Below the pieces are notes generated by a model. It saw nothing but the letters and a program-made list of their open reading frames with translations. It was not told where the DNA came from and did not search any database. Below, one piece after another: positions 48,386 to 57,299 of a stretch of DNA of 64,000 bases (position 1 is the first letter of the stretch; the number at the start of each line of letters is the position of its first letter). The DNA comes from Clostridiales bacterium. Lineage in GTDB: Bacteria > Bacillota > Clostridia > Peptostreptococcales > Anaerovoracaceae. Location of the stretch: positions 2,977-66,976 of the forward strand of contig DUVF01000012.1 of NCBI GenBank assembly GCA_012841165.1, given 5' to 3'. A program made the translations under genes and the position numbers.

Positions 48386-49284
48386 CAGCTCCTCCCCCCT
48401 TCCCGGCTGCCTAAAATTCCATTCGGGCGCACCATCAGCACTAATATGAGAACCACAAAGACAAAGGCGTCGCGATAGGGCGTAATCTCAGTCGGCATCA
48501 AGCCGGCAAACAGCATCTCCGCCACGCCTAAGACAAAGCCTCCCAACACAGCTCCGCCCAAACTGCCGATGCCGCCTAACACCGCCGCACAAAAAGCTTT
48601 CAGGCCGGGCACGAAGCCCATCATCGGATCGATCGTCTTGTATTCTCCGGCCAGCATCAGGCCGGACAAGGCCGCCAGCGAAGAGCCGATGATAAAAGCA
48701 ATGACGACGACATGGTTTATGTTTATACCCATCAGGCGGGAAGCGTCCATATTATCCGAACAAGCCCGCATGGCCATCCCCACGCGGGTGCGTTTAATGA
48801 CAAAAGTCAGGATCACCAGGATCACGATTACCGCTATAAAAGTAATGATGTTCATGGTCGACAGGCGTATGCCGTTGAAATTGTGCAGGAAGGTCAGGTT
48901 TTCCGGCAGATGAAAGGCTTTACGCTGCGGCGAAAATATCATCATCATCAGGTTCTGTAAAAAAATCGATACCGCCAGAGACGACACCAGAGTGGTCTCC
49001 TCGCCGGCAGCGCGCAACGGCCTATAAGCTGTACGCTCAGCGATCAGGCCGACGACGACCGCCATCACGACCGAAGCACCGATCGACATCCACAGCGGCA
49101 GGCCGAAAATCGTCACAAGAGATAATATGGTATAGACCGCTACGGTCATGATGTCGCCGTGGGCAAAGTTGATCAGGCGCAGGATGCCGTAGACAATGGA
49201 GTAGCCAATTGCCACCATCGCGTAGACACTGCCGAGTTTGAGGCCGTTTACCAATTGACTGAGCACATACAAAGTGTCCATCAT
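48385..49284 (-). CDS. branched-chain-amino-acid-type ABC permease (LivH family)
   Basis: 299 aa polytopic protein with the N-terminus QLVNGLKLGSVYAMVAIGYSIVYG, typical of LivH. Confidence 0.88.
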   Translation of the reverse strand: MMDTLYVLSQLVNGLKLGSVYAMVAIGYSIVYGILRLINFAHGDIMTVAVYTILSLVTIFGLPLWMSIGASVVMAVVVGLIAERTAYRPLRAAGEETTLVSSLAVSIFLQNLMMMIFSPQRKAFHLPENLTFLHNFNGIRLSTMNIITFIAVIVILVILTFVIKRTRVGMAMRACSDNMDASRLMGININHVVVIAFIIGSSLAALSGLMLAGEYKTIDPMMGFVPGLKAFCAAVLGGIGSLGGAVLGGFVLGVAEMLFAGLMPTEITPYRDAFVFVVLILVLMVRPNGILGSREGGRS

Positions 49285-49988
49285 ACGCCTCCCAGATAGG
49301 CCTGTTTAACGCCGGGATCGTTGATCAACCGCCGGCTGTCGCCTTCCAAAGTGATAGTGCCTGTCTCCAGGATATATGTGCGGTCAGAAATTTCCAGAGC
49401 GTCATAGGCATTCTGTTCGACCAGCAACATAGTAATCCCCTCTTGTTTAAGCGTCCGCAGAACGTCAAAGACCTGTTCGGTCATGAGCGGAGACAATCCC
49501 ATTGATGGTTCGTCCAACAGCAGTAAGCGCGGATTGCTGAGCAGGGCCCGGCCGATCGCCAGCATCTGCTGCTCGCCGCCGGACATCGTTCCGGCCACCT
49601 GATGATAGCGTTCCTTCAGGATGGGAAAAAGGGTGAATACTCTCTCCAGATTCTGCTCCCACCGCTTTCGGCTGACTTCCAGAAAAGCGCCCAGCCGCAA
49701 ATTTTCCTTAATTGTCATTTTAGAGAATATCTGACGGCCCTCTGGCACCTGCACGATGCCCTGCTGAACGATCTTATGGCAGGCTAAACCGCCGATCGGC
49801 TGTCCGTTGAACAAGATTTCGCCTGATTCCGGCTTCAGCAAACCGGACAAAGTTTTCAAAATGGTCGATTTTCCGGCGCCGTTGGCGCCGATCAGGGCAA
49901 CCAGCTCTCCTTCGCGAACATTCAGGCTGACCCCATGGATGACCCGGATAGTATCATATTTTACACGCAGGTCGGTGACTTCAAGCAT
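49281..49988 (-). CDS. ABC ATP-binding protein (LivF family)
   Basis: Carries GANGAGKST, MSGGEQQML and LLLLDEP. The start MLEVTDL (ATG 49988) overlaps the LivG-like stop (ATGCTTGA). Confidence 0.88.
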   Translation of the reverse strand: MLEVTDLRVKYDTIRVIHGVSLNVREGELVALIGANGAGKSTILKTLSGLLKPESGEILFNGQPIGGLACHKIVQQGIVQVPEGRQIFSKMTIKENLRLGAFLEVSRKRWEQNLERVFTLFPILKERYHQVAGTMSGGEQQMLAIGRALLSNPRLLLLDEPSMGLSPLMTEQVFDVLRTLKQEGITMLLVEQNAYDALEISDRTYILETGTITLEGDSRRLINDPGVKQAYLGGV

Positions 49989-50757
49989 CTCTTCTCTTTC
50001 TCCCAAGATAGGCGGTGATCACCTTCTGATCTTTCCGGACTTCATCAGGCTTCCCTTCGGCGATGATCTGACCGGTCGCCATCACATAGATGTATTCGGT
50101 CAGCCCCATCACTACCTTCATGTCATGTTCTATCAAAAGAATGGTCAGGCCAAATGTCTCGCGGATCCGACGGATGATCTCCACCAGTTCGGCGCTCTCC
50201 TGCGGATTCATGCCGGCAGCCGGTTCATCAAGCAGCAACAATCGCGGCCTAGCCGCCAAAATGCGGGCAATCTCCAGCTTTCGCTGCGCGCCATAGGGCA
50301 GCGAGTTCGCCCGTTCGTCGGCATAGCGTTCGATACCCATCAGCGCTAACATCTCGCGGGCCACTCTCCTCATTTCATCTTCTTCCACACGAAAACACGG
50401 CAGAGTCAGCACCGCGTCAACATCGCTGTAGCTGTGGTGCATCTGCGCGCCGATAATTACATTTTCCAGCGCCGTCATGCGTCTAAATAAGCGTAAATTC
50501 TGATAGGTTCGGAGAATACCAAGACGAGCTATGCGATCCGGCCGCATGGCGGTTATATCCCGGCCGGCAAATTCGATCGTGCCTGCGGTTGGTTTAAGAA
50601 CGCCCGACAGCATGTTTATGACAGTTGTCTTACCTGCGCCGTTTGTTCCGATAAGTCCGTATATTCCATGCTCCGCCAAACTGGCGGAAAAATCCTGTAC
50701 AGCTTTCAAGCCGCGAAAATGCATGGAGAGATTATTGACTTTAAGCAGCTCCGCCAT
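49981..50757 (-). CDS. ABC ATP-binding protein (LivG family)
   Basis: 258 aa with GTNGAGKTT, LPYGAQRKLEIAR and LLLLDEPAAGMN. Confidence 0.9.
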   Translation of the reverse strand: MAELLKVNNLSMHFRGLKAVQDFSASLAEHGIYGLIGTNGAGKTTVINMLSGVLKPTAGTIEFAGRDITAMRPDRIARLGILRTYQNLRLFRRMTALENVIIGAQMHHSYSDVDAVLTLPCFRVEEDEMRRVAREMLALMGIERYADERANSLPYGAQRKLEIARILAARPRLLLLDEPAAGMNPQESAELVEIIRRIRETFGLTILLIEHDMKVVMGLTEYIYVMATGQIIAEGKPDEVRKDQKVITAYLGRKRRDA

Positions 50758-50826
50758 AATGCCCCCGTTGGACTATTAAATATAGATTATAATAGCCGGA
50801 AACTTCCATTTTGTCCAGTAAAATGG

Positions 50827-50877
50827 CCAAGCTCTTGATGCTCCTCGCCCAGTTCTTGATGCCCCAGCTCTTGATGC
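50827..50877. repeat. three tandem direct repeats of about 15 nt (plus strand CC[C/A]AG[C/T]TCTTGATGC)
   Basis: Copies at 50827-50841, 50848-50862 and 50863-50877. They lie between the glgX stop (50887) and the livG-like start (50757). Confidence 0.7.
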
Positions 50878-50886
50878 CCCAACCTC

Positions 50887-53031
50887 CTAATGTTTGAACG
50901 CCCTTAAAATCACCACCGAACGCTCGTCGATCAGCAGCCGGTTGTCCGAGGAGAGGTTGACCTGACTGGCGTTAGCGCCCCAATCCTCGCCTGCTTCCTG
51001 CGCTGTATCAACCATCACCCGCCAGGTACTGCCCGTCTGCAGCTTGGGCAATTGAATATTTACCGGTTCCCAGTGCATGTTGGCGCCGATATAGACTATG
51101 TCGTCCTGATTCGTCTCCGGGTCGCAGCCTGCCATCATCACGCCCAGCATCCGGTTCTCCGGGTCATCCGTCAGCATCCAGGGCTCCGTGCCATGAAAAC
51201 TGGTGTCCGGCAGGCCGGACAGGCAGACTTCGGTTTTTCCCCGGATGACCGGACTTTCTTTGCGTAAACGTATCATGTAGCGAAAGAAATTGAACAGTTC
51301 CTGATTTTGCTCGAGCATGCCCCAGTCCAGCCAGGAGATCTCGTTGTCCTGGCAATAGGGATTGTTGTTTCCATATTGCGTGTTGGCGAACTCGTCTCCC
51401 GCCAGCAGCATCGGCGTGCCCCGACTGGCCAGCAGCAAAGCGATGGCATTTTTAGACATCCGACGACGCAGATTGAGAATCTCGACATGGTCTGTCTCGC
51501 CCTCAATCCCGCAATTCCAGCTGTGATTATAGTTTTCGCCGTCCGTGTTGTTCCAGCCGTTCGCCTCGTTGTGCTTCACATTATAGGAAAATAAGTCATA
51601 AAGTGTAAAACCATCGTGGCAGGTGATGAAGTTGATCGAGGAGTTGGGTCCCCTGTCCTCTGGGTTGTAAAGATCGGGCGAACCGATAATGCGCCGGGCG
51701 ACCGTCAAAGCCATGTTCGGGTCACCTCTCAGATAGCGGCGCAAATCGTCCCGATAGAGGCCGTTCCACTCCGACCAGCGCCTCCATGAGGGGAAGCTGC
51801 CAACCTGATACAGCCCACCGGCGTCCCAGGCCTCGGCGATCAGATAGACTCCGGCCAGAAGCGGATCATACTCCAGGTTTTTCAACAGAGGCGGTGAAGG
51901 CATCGGCTTCCCGTCTTTGTTGCGCCCCAAAATAGACGCCAGATCAAAACGGAAGCCGTCGATATGAAATTCCGCCACCCAATAGCGCAGACAGTCGATG
52001 ATCATCTGCTGAACCACCGGATGATTGGCGTTCAGGGTGTTGCCGCAGCCGCTGAAGTTATAGTAGCGGGCGTCGGGCGTGAGCATATAATAAACATGGT
52101 TGTCCAGACCCTTGAAACAGATCACCGGGCCGTTTTCATCACCTTCCCCCGTATGATTGAAGACGACGTCAAGTATGACCTTGATATCGTTATCATGTAA
52201 CGCTTTGATCAGAGATTTCAGCTCGGTGCCTTCGCGATTATACTCAATCTCAGACGAGTAGCTGGTATTTGGCGCGAAGAAACTGATCGGGTTGTAACCC
52301 CAGTAATCGATCAGCAATTTCCCTTCATGCTCCCGCGCTCCCAGCAGTTCGTCAAATTCAAAGATCGGCATCAACTCGACAGCGTTGATGCCCAATTGTT
52401 TCAGATAAGGTATCTTCTCAATCAGGCCAGCGTAAGTGCCCCTTTTCTCAACACCGGAAGAAGGGTGATTCGTAAAGCCGCGGATATGCAGCTCATAAAT
52501 GATGAGGTCTGAAAGATCAATGGACGCCGGCCGGCCGCTGCCCCAGTCAAAATCCGTTGACACAATGCGGGAGCGATATTCTTTATGGGCAGTTGTCTTT
52601 TCCGCCCACCTGCTTTGCCCAACCACCGCCCGGCCATAGGGATCGATGATGTGCCGCGACGGGTCAAACAAATAGCCCTTCTCCAGATCATAGGGGCCGA
52701 AGACACGGTAAGCGTATTCATATTCTTCAATATCCAAGCCAAAGACGAACATCGAATATACATCGCCAACCTTGTATTCCTCAGGAAAAGGAATCGCCGC
52801 GCAGGGTTCTTCTTCACCGCGCGGGAAAAGCAGCAGTTCAATCGCCGTTGCTTTTTCCGAATGAATGGTAAAACTGACGCCGCCGGGCAGCACCGTCGCC
52901 CCATTCTCCAAATACAGGCCCGGTCGGATCGGATAGCCGTTGCGGACATCCTGCGGTCTCATGTTGGTGCCGTACATTTCCAAATAGTCGTCTGTATTCC
53001 AAACCGGTAGCTTGCAAACTTCTTTTTCCAT
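50887..53031 (-). CDS. glgX: glycogen debranching enzyme (GH13 isoamylase/GlgX type)
   Basis: 714 aa with GH13 conserved regions DVVFNHT, GFRFDLAS, AEAWD and FITCHD, plus an N-terminal CBM48-like region. Confidence 0.88.
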   Translation of the reverse strand: MEKEVCKLPVWNTDDYLEMYGTNMRPQDVRNGYPIRPGLYLENGATVLPGGVSFTIHSEKATAIELLLFPRGEEEPCAAIPFPEEYKVGDVYSMFVFGLDIEEYEYAYRVFGPYDLEKGYLFDPSRHIIDPYGRAVVGQSRWAEKTTAHKEYRSRIVSTDFDWGSGRPASIDLSDLIIYELHIRGFTNHPSSGVEKRGTYAGLIEKIPYLKQLGINAVELMPIFEFDELLGAREHEGKLLIDYWGYNPISFFAPNTSYSSEIEYNREGTELKSLIKALHDNDIKVILDVVFNHTGEGDENGPVICFKGLDNHVYYMLTPDARYYNFSGCGNTLNANHPVVQQMIIDCLRYWVAEFHIDGFRFDLASILGRNKDGKPMPSPPLLKNLEYDPLLAGVYLIAEAWDAGGLYQVGSFPSWRRWSEWNGLYRDDLRRYLRGDPNMALTVARRIIGSPDLYNPEDRGPNSSINFITCHDGFTLYDLFSYNVKHNEANGWNNTDGENYNHSWNCGIEGETDHVEILNLRRRMSKNAIALLLASRGTPMLLAGDEFANTQYGNNNPYCQDNEISWLDWGMLEQNQELFNFFRYMIRLRKESPVIRGKTEVCLSGLPDTSFHGTEPWMLTDDPENRMLGVMMAGCDPETNQDDIVYIGANMHWEPVNIQLPKLQTGSTWRVMVDTAQEAGEDWGANASQVNLSSDNRLLIDERSVVILRAFKH

Positions 53032-53113
53032 ATGCTTTGCCTCCCGTTACTACGCTTCGCCCATCCGTTACTTGCTACTTTGATGTACTATTATAACCGT
53101 TTCTAAGTCAGAA

Positions 53114-53226
53114 CGAAAGTCCGCGGAGCTGTAAAATGTCCGCGGGGCTGGAAAAATATCTGGCGCCGAAGCGACGCTCCGAAATGTCCGCGCCACCGTA
53201 AAAATATTTGATCTGAAATATTTGAC
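53114..53226. repeat. nested direct repeats upstream of the ABC-exporter promoter
   Basis: (A/G)AA(A)(T)GTCCGCG occurs at 53115, 53133 and 53181. Two 31-nt units (53133-53163 and 53181-53211) match at 23 of 31 positions, each with AAAAATAT 19 nt after the GTCCGCG core. AAATATTTGA occurs twice (53202 and 53216). Confidence 0.55.
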
Positions 53227-53248
53227 AACCTGAACGCATTGCTATAAT
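53222..53248 (+). promoter_or_regulatory. candidate promoter of the ABC exporter operon (TTGACA-15-TATAAT)
   Basis: Both hexamers are consensus, but the spacer is only 15 nt. A TG lies 3 nt upstream of the -10 (TGCTATAAT). Confidence 0.45.
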
Positions 53249-53295
53249 TTGTTTCATAAATGATGCCATTATGCCGAAAGAAGGGGCGACGGATC

Positions 53296-55065
53296 ATGCT
53301 TAAAGTCTTATCTTTCCTGAAACTCGACCGCTGGCTGGTCGTAGGCGTTCTCTTTCTCCTTATATTGCAAACCTTAGGTGAACTGACGCTTCCCCGTTAC
53401 ATGGCCTTGATCATCAACGACGGCGTCATGCGCGGCGATACCGCCGTGATCTGGTCGATCGGCGGCCGGATGCTGGCTATCTCCGGGGGAATCGGCCTGA
53501 CTGCCTTAGCGGTCAGCTTTCTGACCGCCCGCGTCAGCGCCGGGCTGGGCCGGAATCTCCGGCAGGCCATCTTCGATAAGATCGAAAACCTGTCGATGCG
53601 CCAATTTGATGATTTCGGGCCGGCGACGCTAATCACCCGCACCACCAACGACGTCACGCAGATTCAGATGGTCAGCGTAATGATGTTTCGCATGATGGTG
53701 GCTGCGCCGATCACGGCCGTGGGTGCTGTTTTCATGGCCTATCGGGAAAACGCCGGCCTGACCTGGGTGCTGGCTGTCGCCGTCCCCATTCTACTGGCCT
53801 TCATCATCCTTCTGTCCCGCCGCAGCCTGCCCCTTTTCCAAATCGTCCAGGAGCGGATCGATCGTCTCAATCTGATCGTGCGGGAGAAACTGACCGGCTT
53901 ACGAGTAATCAGGGCTTTCAATCAGCAAGCGCATGAAGCCGGACGCTTTGCCAAAGCAAATTTCGAATTGACCGATAACTACATCCGTGTCAATCGCCTG
54001 ATGGCTTTTATGATGCCCGGCGTGATGTTCATGATGAACCTGACGACCCTGGCCATTCTCTGGTTCGGCGGCCTGAAGATTGTCGCCGGCGAAATGAACC
54101 TTGGCTCGATCGCCGCTTTTACGCAGTACGCCATGCAACTGATGTTTTCGCTGGTAATGTTTTCCATCATGTTCGTAATGATTCCCCGCGCCCAGGTCGC
54201 CGCCGGCCGGCTTTCCGAAATCCTCAGTCTGACGCCGGATATGCATAGCGCATTAACCGGCCAGAGCGCAGAGGAGACCGATCCGCCTGCTCCAACTCCT
54301 GCCCCAGCGACCTCTCAACCGCCGGGCACGGTCGAATTCCGCAACGTCAGCTTTGGCTATGAAAACGCTGAGGAGCCGGTTTTGAGCGATATCTCCTTTA
54401 CCGCCCGACCTGGCCAAACTACCGCTATAATCGGCAGCACCGGCTCCGGCAAAACAACTTTGGTCAGCCTGATTCCACGCTTTTACGACATCCAGTCCGG
54501 CAGCATCCTGGTGGACGGCATCGATATCCGCCGCCAGCCGCTCGCCGAGCTGCGCAAGCGGATCGGCTTCGTCGCCCAAAAGACCTTCCTCTTCACCGGA
54601 ACCATCCGCAGCAACATCGCTTACGACGATGCCGGCCTATCCGATGAGGAAGTCCGGCAGGCAGCACGAATCTCCCAGTCCGAGGAATTCATCAGCCAAT
54701 TGGAAAATACCTACGACGCTCCGGTCGCCCAGGGCGGCGCCAATCTGTCCGGCGGCCAGCGACAGCGGCTGTCGATCGCCCGGGCGCTCGCCCGCAAGCC
54801 GGATATCTATATCTTCGACGACAGTTTTTCGGCGTTAGACTTCCGCACCGACGCCAGGCTGCGTAAAGATTTAAAAACCGTCACCGGCAACGCCACTGTG
54901 ATCGTTGTCGCCCAGCGGATCGGCACCGTGCTGGATGCTGATCAGATCATCGTACTTGCCGAAGGCCAGATTAGCGCCATAGGCACCCACCAGACCCTGT
55001 TGAAGGATTCGCCGGTTTACCGCGAGATCGTCGCTTCACAGTTGGCAAAGGAGGACAGCGCATGA
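53296..55065 (+). CDS. ABC exporter, fused permease/ATPase (type I exporter half-transporter)
   Basis: Six-TM domain plus an NBD (GSTGSGKTT, LSGGQRQRLSIARAL, IYIFDDSFSALD). I placed the start at MLKVLSF (ATG 53296). Confidence 0.88.
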   Translation: MLKVLSFLKLDRWLVVGVLFLLILQTLGELTLPRYMALIINDGVMRGDTAVIWSIGGRMLAISGGIGLTALAVSFLTARVSAGLGRNLRQAIFDKIENLSMRQFDDFGPATLITRTTNDVTQIQMVSVMMFRMMVAAPITAVGAVFMAYRENAGLTWVLAVAVPILLAFIILLSRRSLPLFQIVQERIDRLNLIVREKLTGLRVIRAFNQQAHEAGRFAKANFELTDNYIRVNRLMAFMMPGVMFMMNLTTLAILWFGGLKIVAGEMNLGSIAAFTQYAMQLMFSLVMFSIMFVMIPRAQVAAGRLSEILSLTPDMHSALTGQSAEETDPPAPTPAPATSQPPGTVEFRNVSFGYENAEEPVLSDISFTARPGQTTAIIGSTGSGKTTLVSLIPRFYDIQSGSILVDGIDIRRQPLAELRKRIGFVAQKTFLFTGTIRSNIAYDDAGLSDEEVRQAARISQSEEFISQLENTYDAPVAQGGANLSGGQRQRLSIARALARKPDIYIFDDSFSALDFRTDARLRKDLKTVTGNATVIVVAQRIGTVLDADQIIVLAEGQISAIGTHQTLLKDSPVYREIVASQLAKEDSA

Positions 55066-57098
55066 GCAAACACCAAGCCACTCCTGGCGGTCCTCCAAGA
55101 AGCCACCGCGGCGGCCCGGCCGGAGCGCTACTGCAAGGCGGCGAAAAGCCCAGAAACTTCAAAAAAACACTCAAGCGTCTGTTAGTCTATCTGAAACCCT
55201 TTCGGGCAACGCTGATCGGCGTGCTGATCCTGGCCATCCTGAGCACAGCCTTCGCCATCGCCGCCCCTAAGATTAGCGCCCAGGCGATGAACAAGCTACA
55301 GGAAGGCTTCATGGCTCAGGCAGCGATAGAAAAAACAGCGGAGATCCAGCGGTCAATGAAGCTGCCGCCGCCTCACATCACAGACATACCCGACGGCTCC
55401 GGCAAAGCCGCCATGCTCGAAAAGAGCTTGCCGGCCGCGGATAAAGTCGGAATGACGCCGGAGCAGATCAAATCCGTCATAAAATCCATAAGAGAGACAA
55501 ACGGCCAATACGATATAGATTTCATCGTCCGCATCGTCCTGCTGCTGTTAGGCATATACATCATCAGCGCCCTCAGCAACCTGATCATGGGACGGTCGAT
55601 GGCCGGCGTCAGCCAAAAGTTGGTGCGCGAGCTGCGGCTGGAAGTCGACGCCAAACTTGACCGGCTGCCCATCGCCTACTTCGACCGCCATCCGCACGGC
55701 GACATCCTAAGCCGGATGACCAACGATATCGACACCATCGCCGCGACTCTGCAGCAGAGTCTGGTTCAGATGATCACCGCCGTCGTCTCCATCATCGGCT
55801 ACATCATCATGATGCTGAGCATCAGCTTCAAGCTGAGTCTGGTCGTGCTGGGCACCCTGCCCTTCTATATCCTCGTCACCCGGCTGATCACCAAGCGTTC
55901 ACAGGTTTATTTCGCCGAACAGCAAAAGCAGCTCGGCGATCTGAGCGGCCATGTCGAGGAGGCCTTCACCGGCTTTAAGGTGATCAAAGCCTATGGCAAA
56001 GAAGAGGAAAGCGCGCGAATTTTCAACGATATCAACAAACAGCTGTTCGGCGCCGCCTGGAGAGCCCAGTTCATCTCCGGAATACTGTTCCCGTGCATGA
56101 GCATCATCAGCAATCTGGCCTATGTCGGCATCAGCGTGCTGGGAGGGATCTGGATCACCCGCAGCCTCTTAGGCATCGGCGACATCCTGGCCTTCATTCA
56201 ATACAGCCGTTCCTTCAATATGCCCATCATGCAGACAGCCAACATCGCCAACATAATACAGTCGACCCTAGCCTGCTCAGAGCGCATATTTGAAATCTTA
56301 GACGAGACCGAGGAAGAGCCCGATCCGCTGCCGGCCGACGCGCCGCCTTTTGCACATACGGCCGGGCATATCGAATTCGATAATGTATCCTTCCGTTATC
56401 TGCCCGAAGAATCCTTGATAGATGACTTTAATCTTGACATCGCTCCCGGCCAGACCATCGCCATAGTCGGGCCGACCGGCGCCGGCAAGACCACTCTGGT
56501 AAATCTCCTGATGCGCTTCTACGAGATCGATTCCGGCGCCATCCGCATCGACGGCCGCGACATCCGCAGCCTCTCCCGCAAACAGCTGCGCAGCCTGTTC
56601 GGCATGGTGCTGCAGGATACCTGGCTCTTTAACGGCACGATCAGCCAGAACATCGCTTACGGGCGACCCGACGCCACGCCGGAAGATATCCGCCAGGCCG
56701 CCATGGCGGCGCACGCCGATCACTTCATCAGAACTCTCCCGGAAGGTTACGAGACAATGCTGAACGAAGAAGCAAGCAACATATCGCAGGGACAGAAGCA
56801 GCTCCTGACCATCGCCCGGGCTATCCTGACCGACCCGCCTCTGCTGATCTTAGATGAAGCCACCAGCAGTGTCGATACCCGAACCGAAATGCTCATCCAA
56901 CAAGCCATGCAGCGCCTGATGAAGGGCCGCACCAGCTTTGTCATCGCCCACCGGCTGTCCACCATCCGCGACGCCGGCCTGATCATCGTGATGGATGATG
57001 GCCGGATCATCGAAACCGGAACACATGCCGAATTGATCGCCAAACGCGGCTTCTACTTTGAGTTATACAACAGCCAGTTTGCGGGCGCTGTGTCGTAA
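55062..57098 (+). CDS. ABC exporter, fused permease/ATPase, partner half-transporter with an enlarged first extracytoplasmic loop
   Basis: 678 aa with GPTGAGKTT, ISQGQKQLLTIARAI and LLILDEATSSVD. It overlaps the upstream gene by ATGA. Confidence 0.88.
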   Translation: MSKHQATPGGPPRSHRGGPAGALLQGGEKPRNFKKTLKRLLVYLKPFRATLIGVLILAILSTAFAIAAPKISAQAMNKLQEGFMAQAAIEKTAEIQRSMKLPPPHITDIPDGSGKAAMLEKSLPAADKVGMTPEQIKSVIKSIRETNGQYDIDFIVRIVLLLLGIYIISALSNLIMGRSMAGVSQKLVRELRLEVDAKLDRLPIAYFDRHPHGDILSRMTNDIDTIAATLQQSLVQMITAVVSIIGYIIMMLSISFKLSLVVLGTLPFYILVTRLITKRSQVYFAEQQKQLGDLSGHVEEAFTGFKVIKAYGKEEESARIFNDINKQLFGAAWRAQFISGILFPCMSIISNLAYVGISVLGGIWITRSLLGIGDILAFIQYSRSFNMPIMQTANIANIIQSTLACSERIFEILDETEEEPDPLPADAPPFAHTAGHIEFDNVSFRYLPEESLIDDFNLDIAPGQTIAIVGPTGAGKTTLVNLLMRFYEIDSGAIRIDGRDIRSLSRKQLRSLFGMVLQDTWLFNGTISQNIAYGRPDATPEDIRQAAMAAHADHFIRTLPEGYETMLNEEASNISQGQKQLLTIARAILTDPPLLILDEATSSVDTRTEMLIQQAMQRLMKGRTSFVIAHRLSTIRDAGLIIVMDDGRIIETGTHAELIAKRGFYFELYNSQFAGAVS

Positions 57099-57299
57099 TC
57101 ATGACGTCGCGCAGTTGTTTTATATCAACTCAACAAATAATTTTTAACTTATATTTGACACCGATTTGGTTTCTGATTTTACATGATGTCTTTATAATTA
57201 ACTCTGTAATAATAAGATCCGTATCTGGATGCCATATAAAAGAGCCCCTTACAAACATGCCGACACACTGAAAAAAGTGTTCGCGCATTAGAGAAAAAT

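Noticed and set aside
50827-50877. CRISPR-like array.
   Set aside because: There are only three short (15-nt) units, directly abutting or separated by 6 nt. They have no spacers of CRISPR length, and there are no cas genes in the window.
50790-50886. A small ORF across the tandem repeats that would encode a GHQEL-repeat peptide (LGHQELGHQELGEEHQELGHF...), considered as a possible leader peptide.
   Set aside because: The only start is a TTG directly abutting the AGGAGG-like sequence with zero spacing, and there is no ATG or GTG. The repeat peptide is simply the translation of the DNA repeats.
53103-53297. A 64-aa minus-strand ORF in the glgX/ABC-exporter spacer, with repeated RGHF.
   Set aside because: It has no RBS, it runs across both divergent promoters, and its internal repeat merely mirrors the DNA repeats described in the findings.
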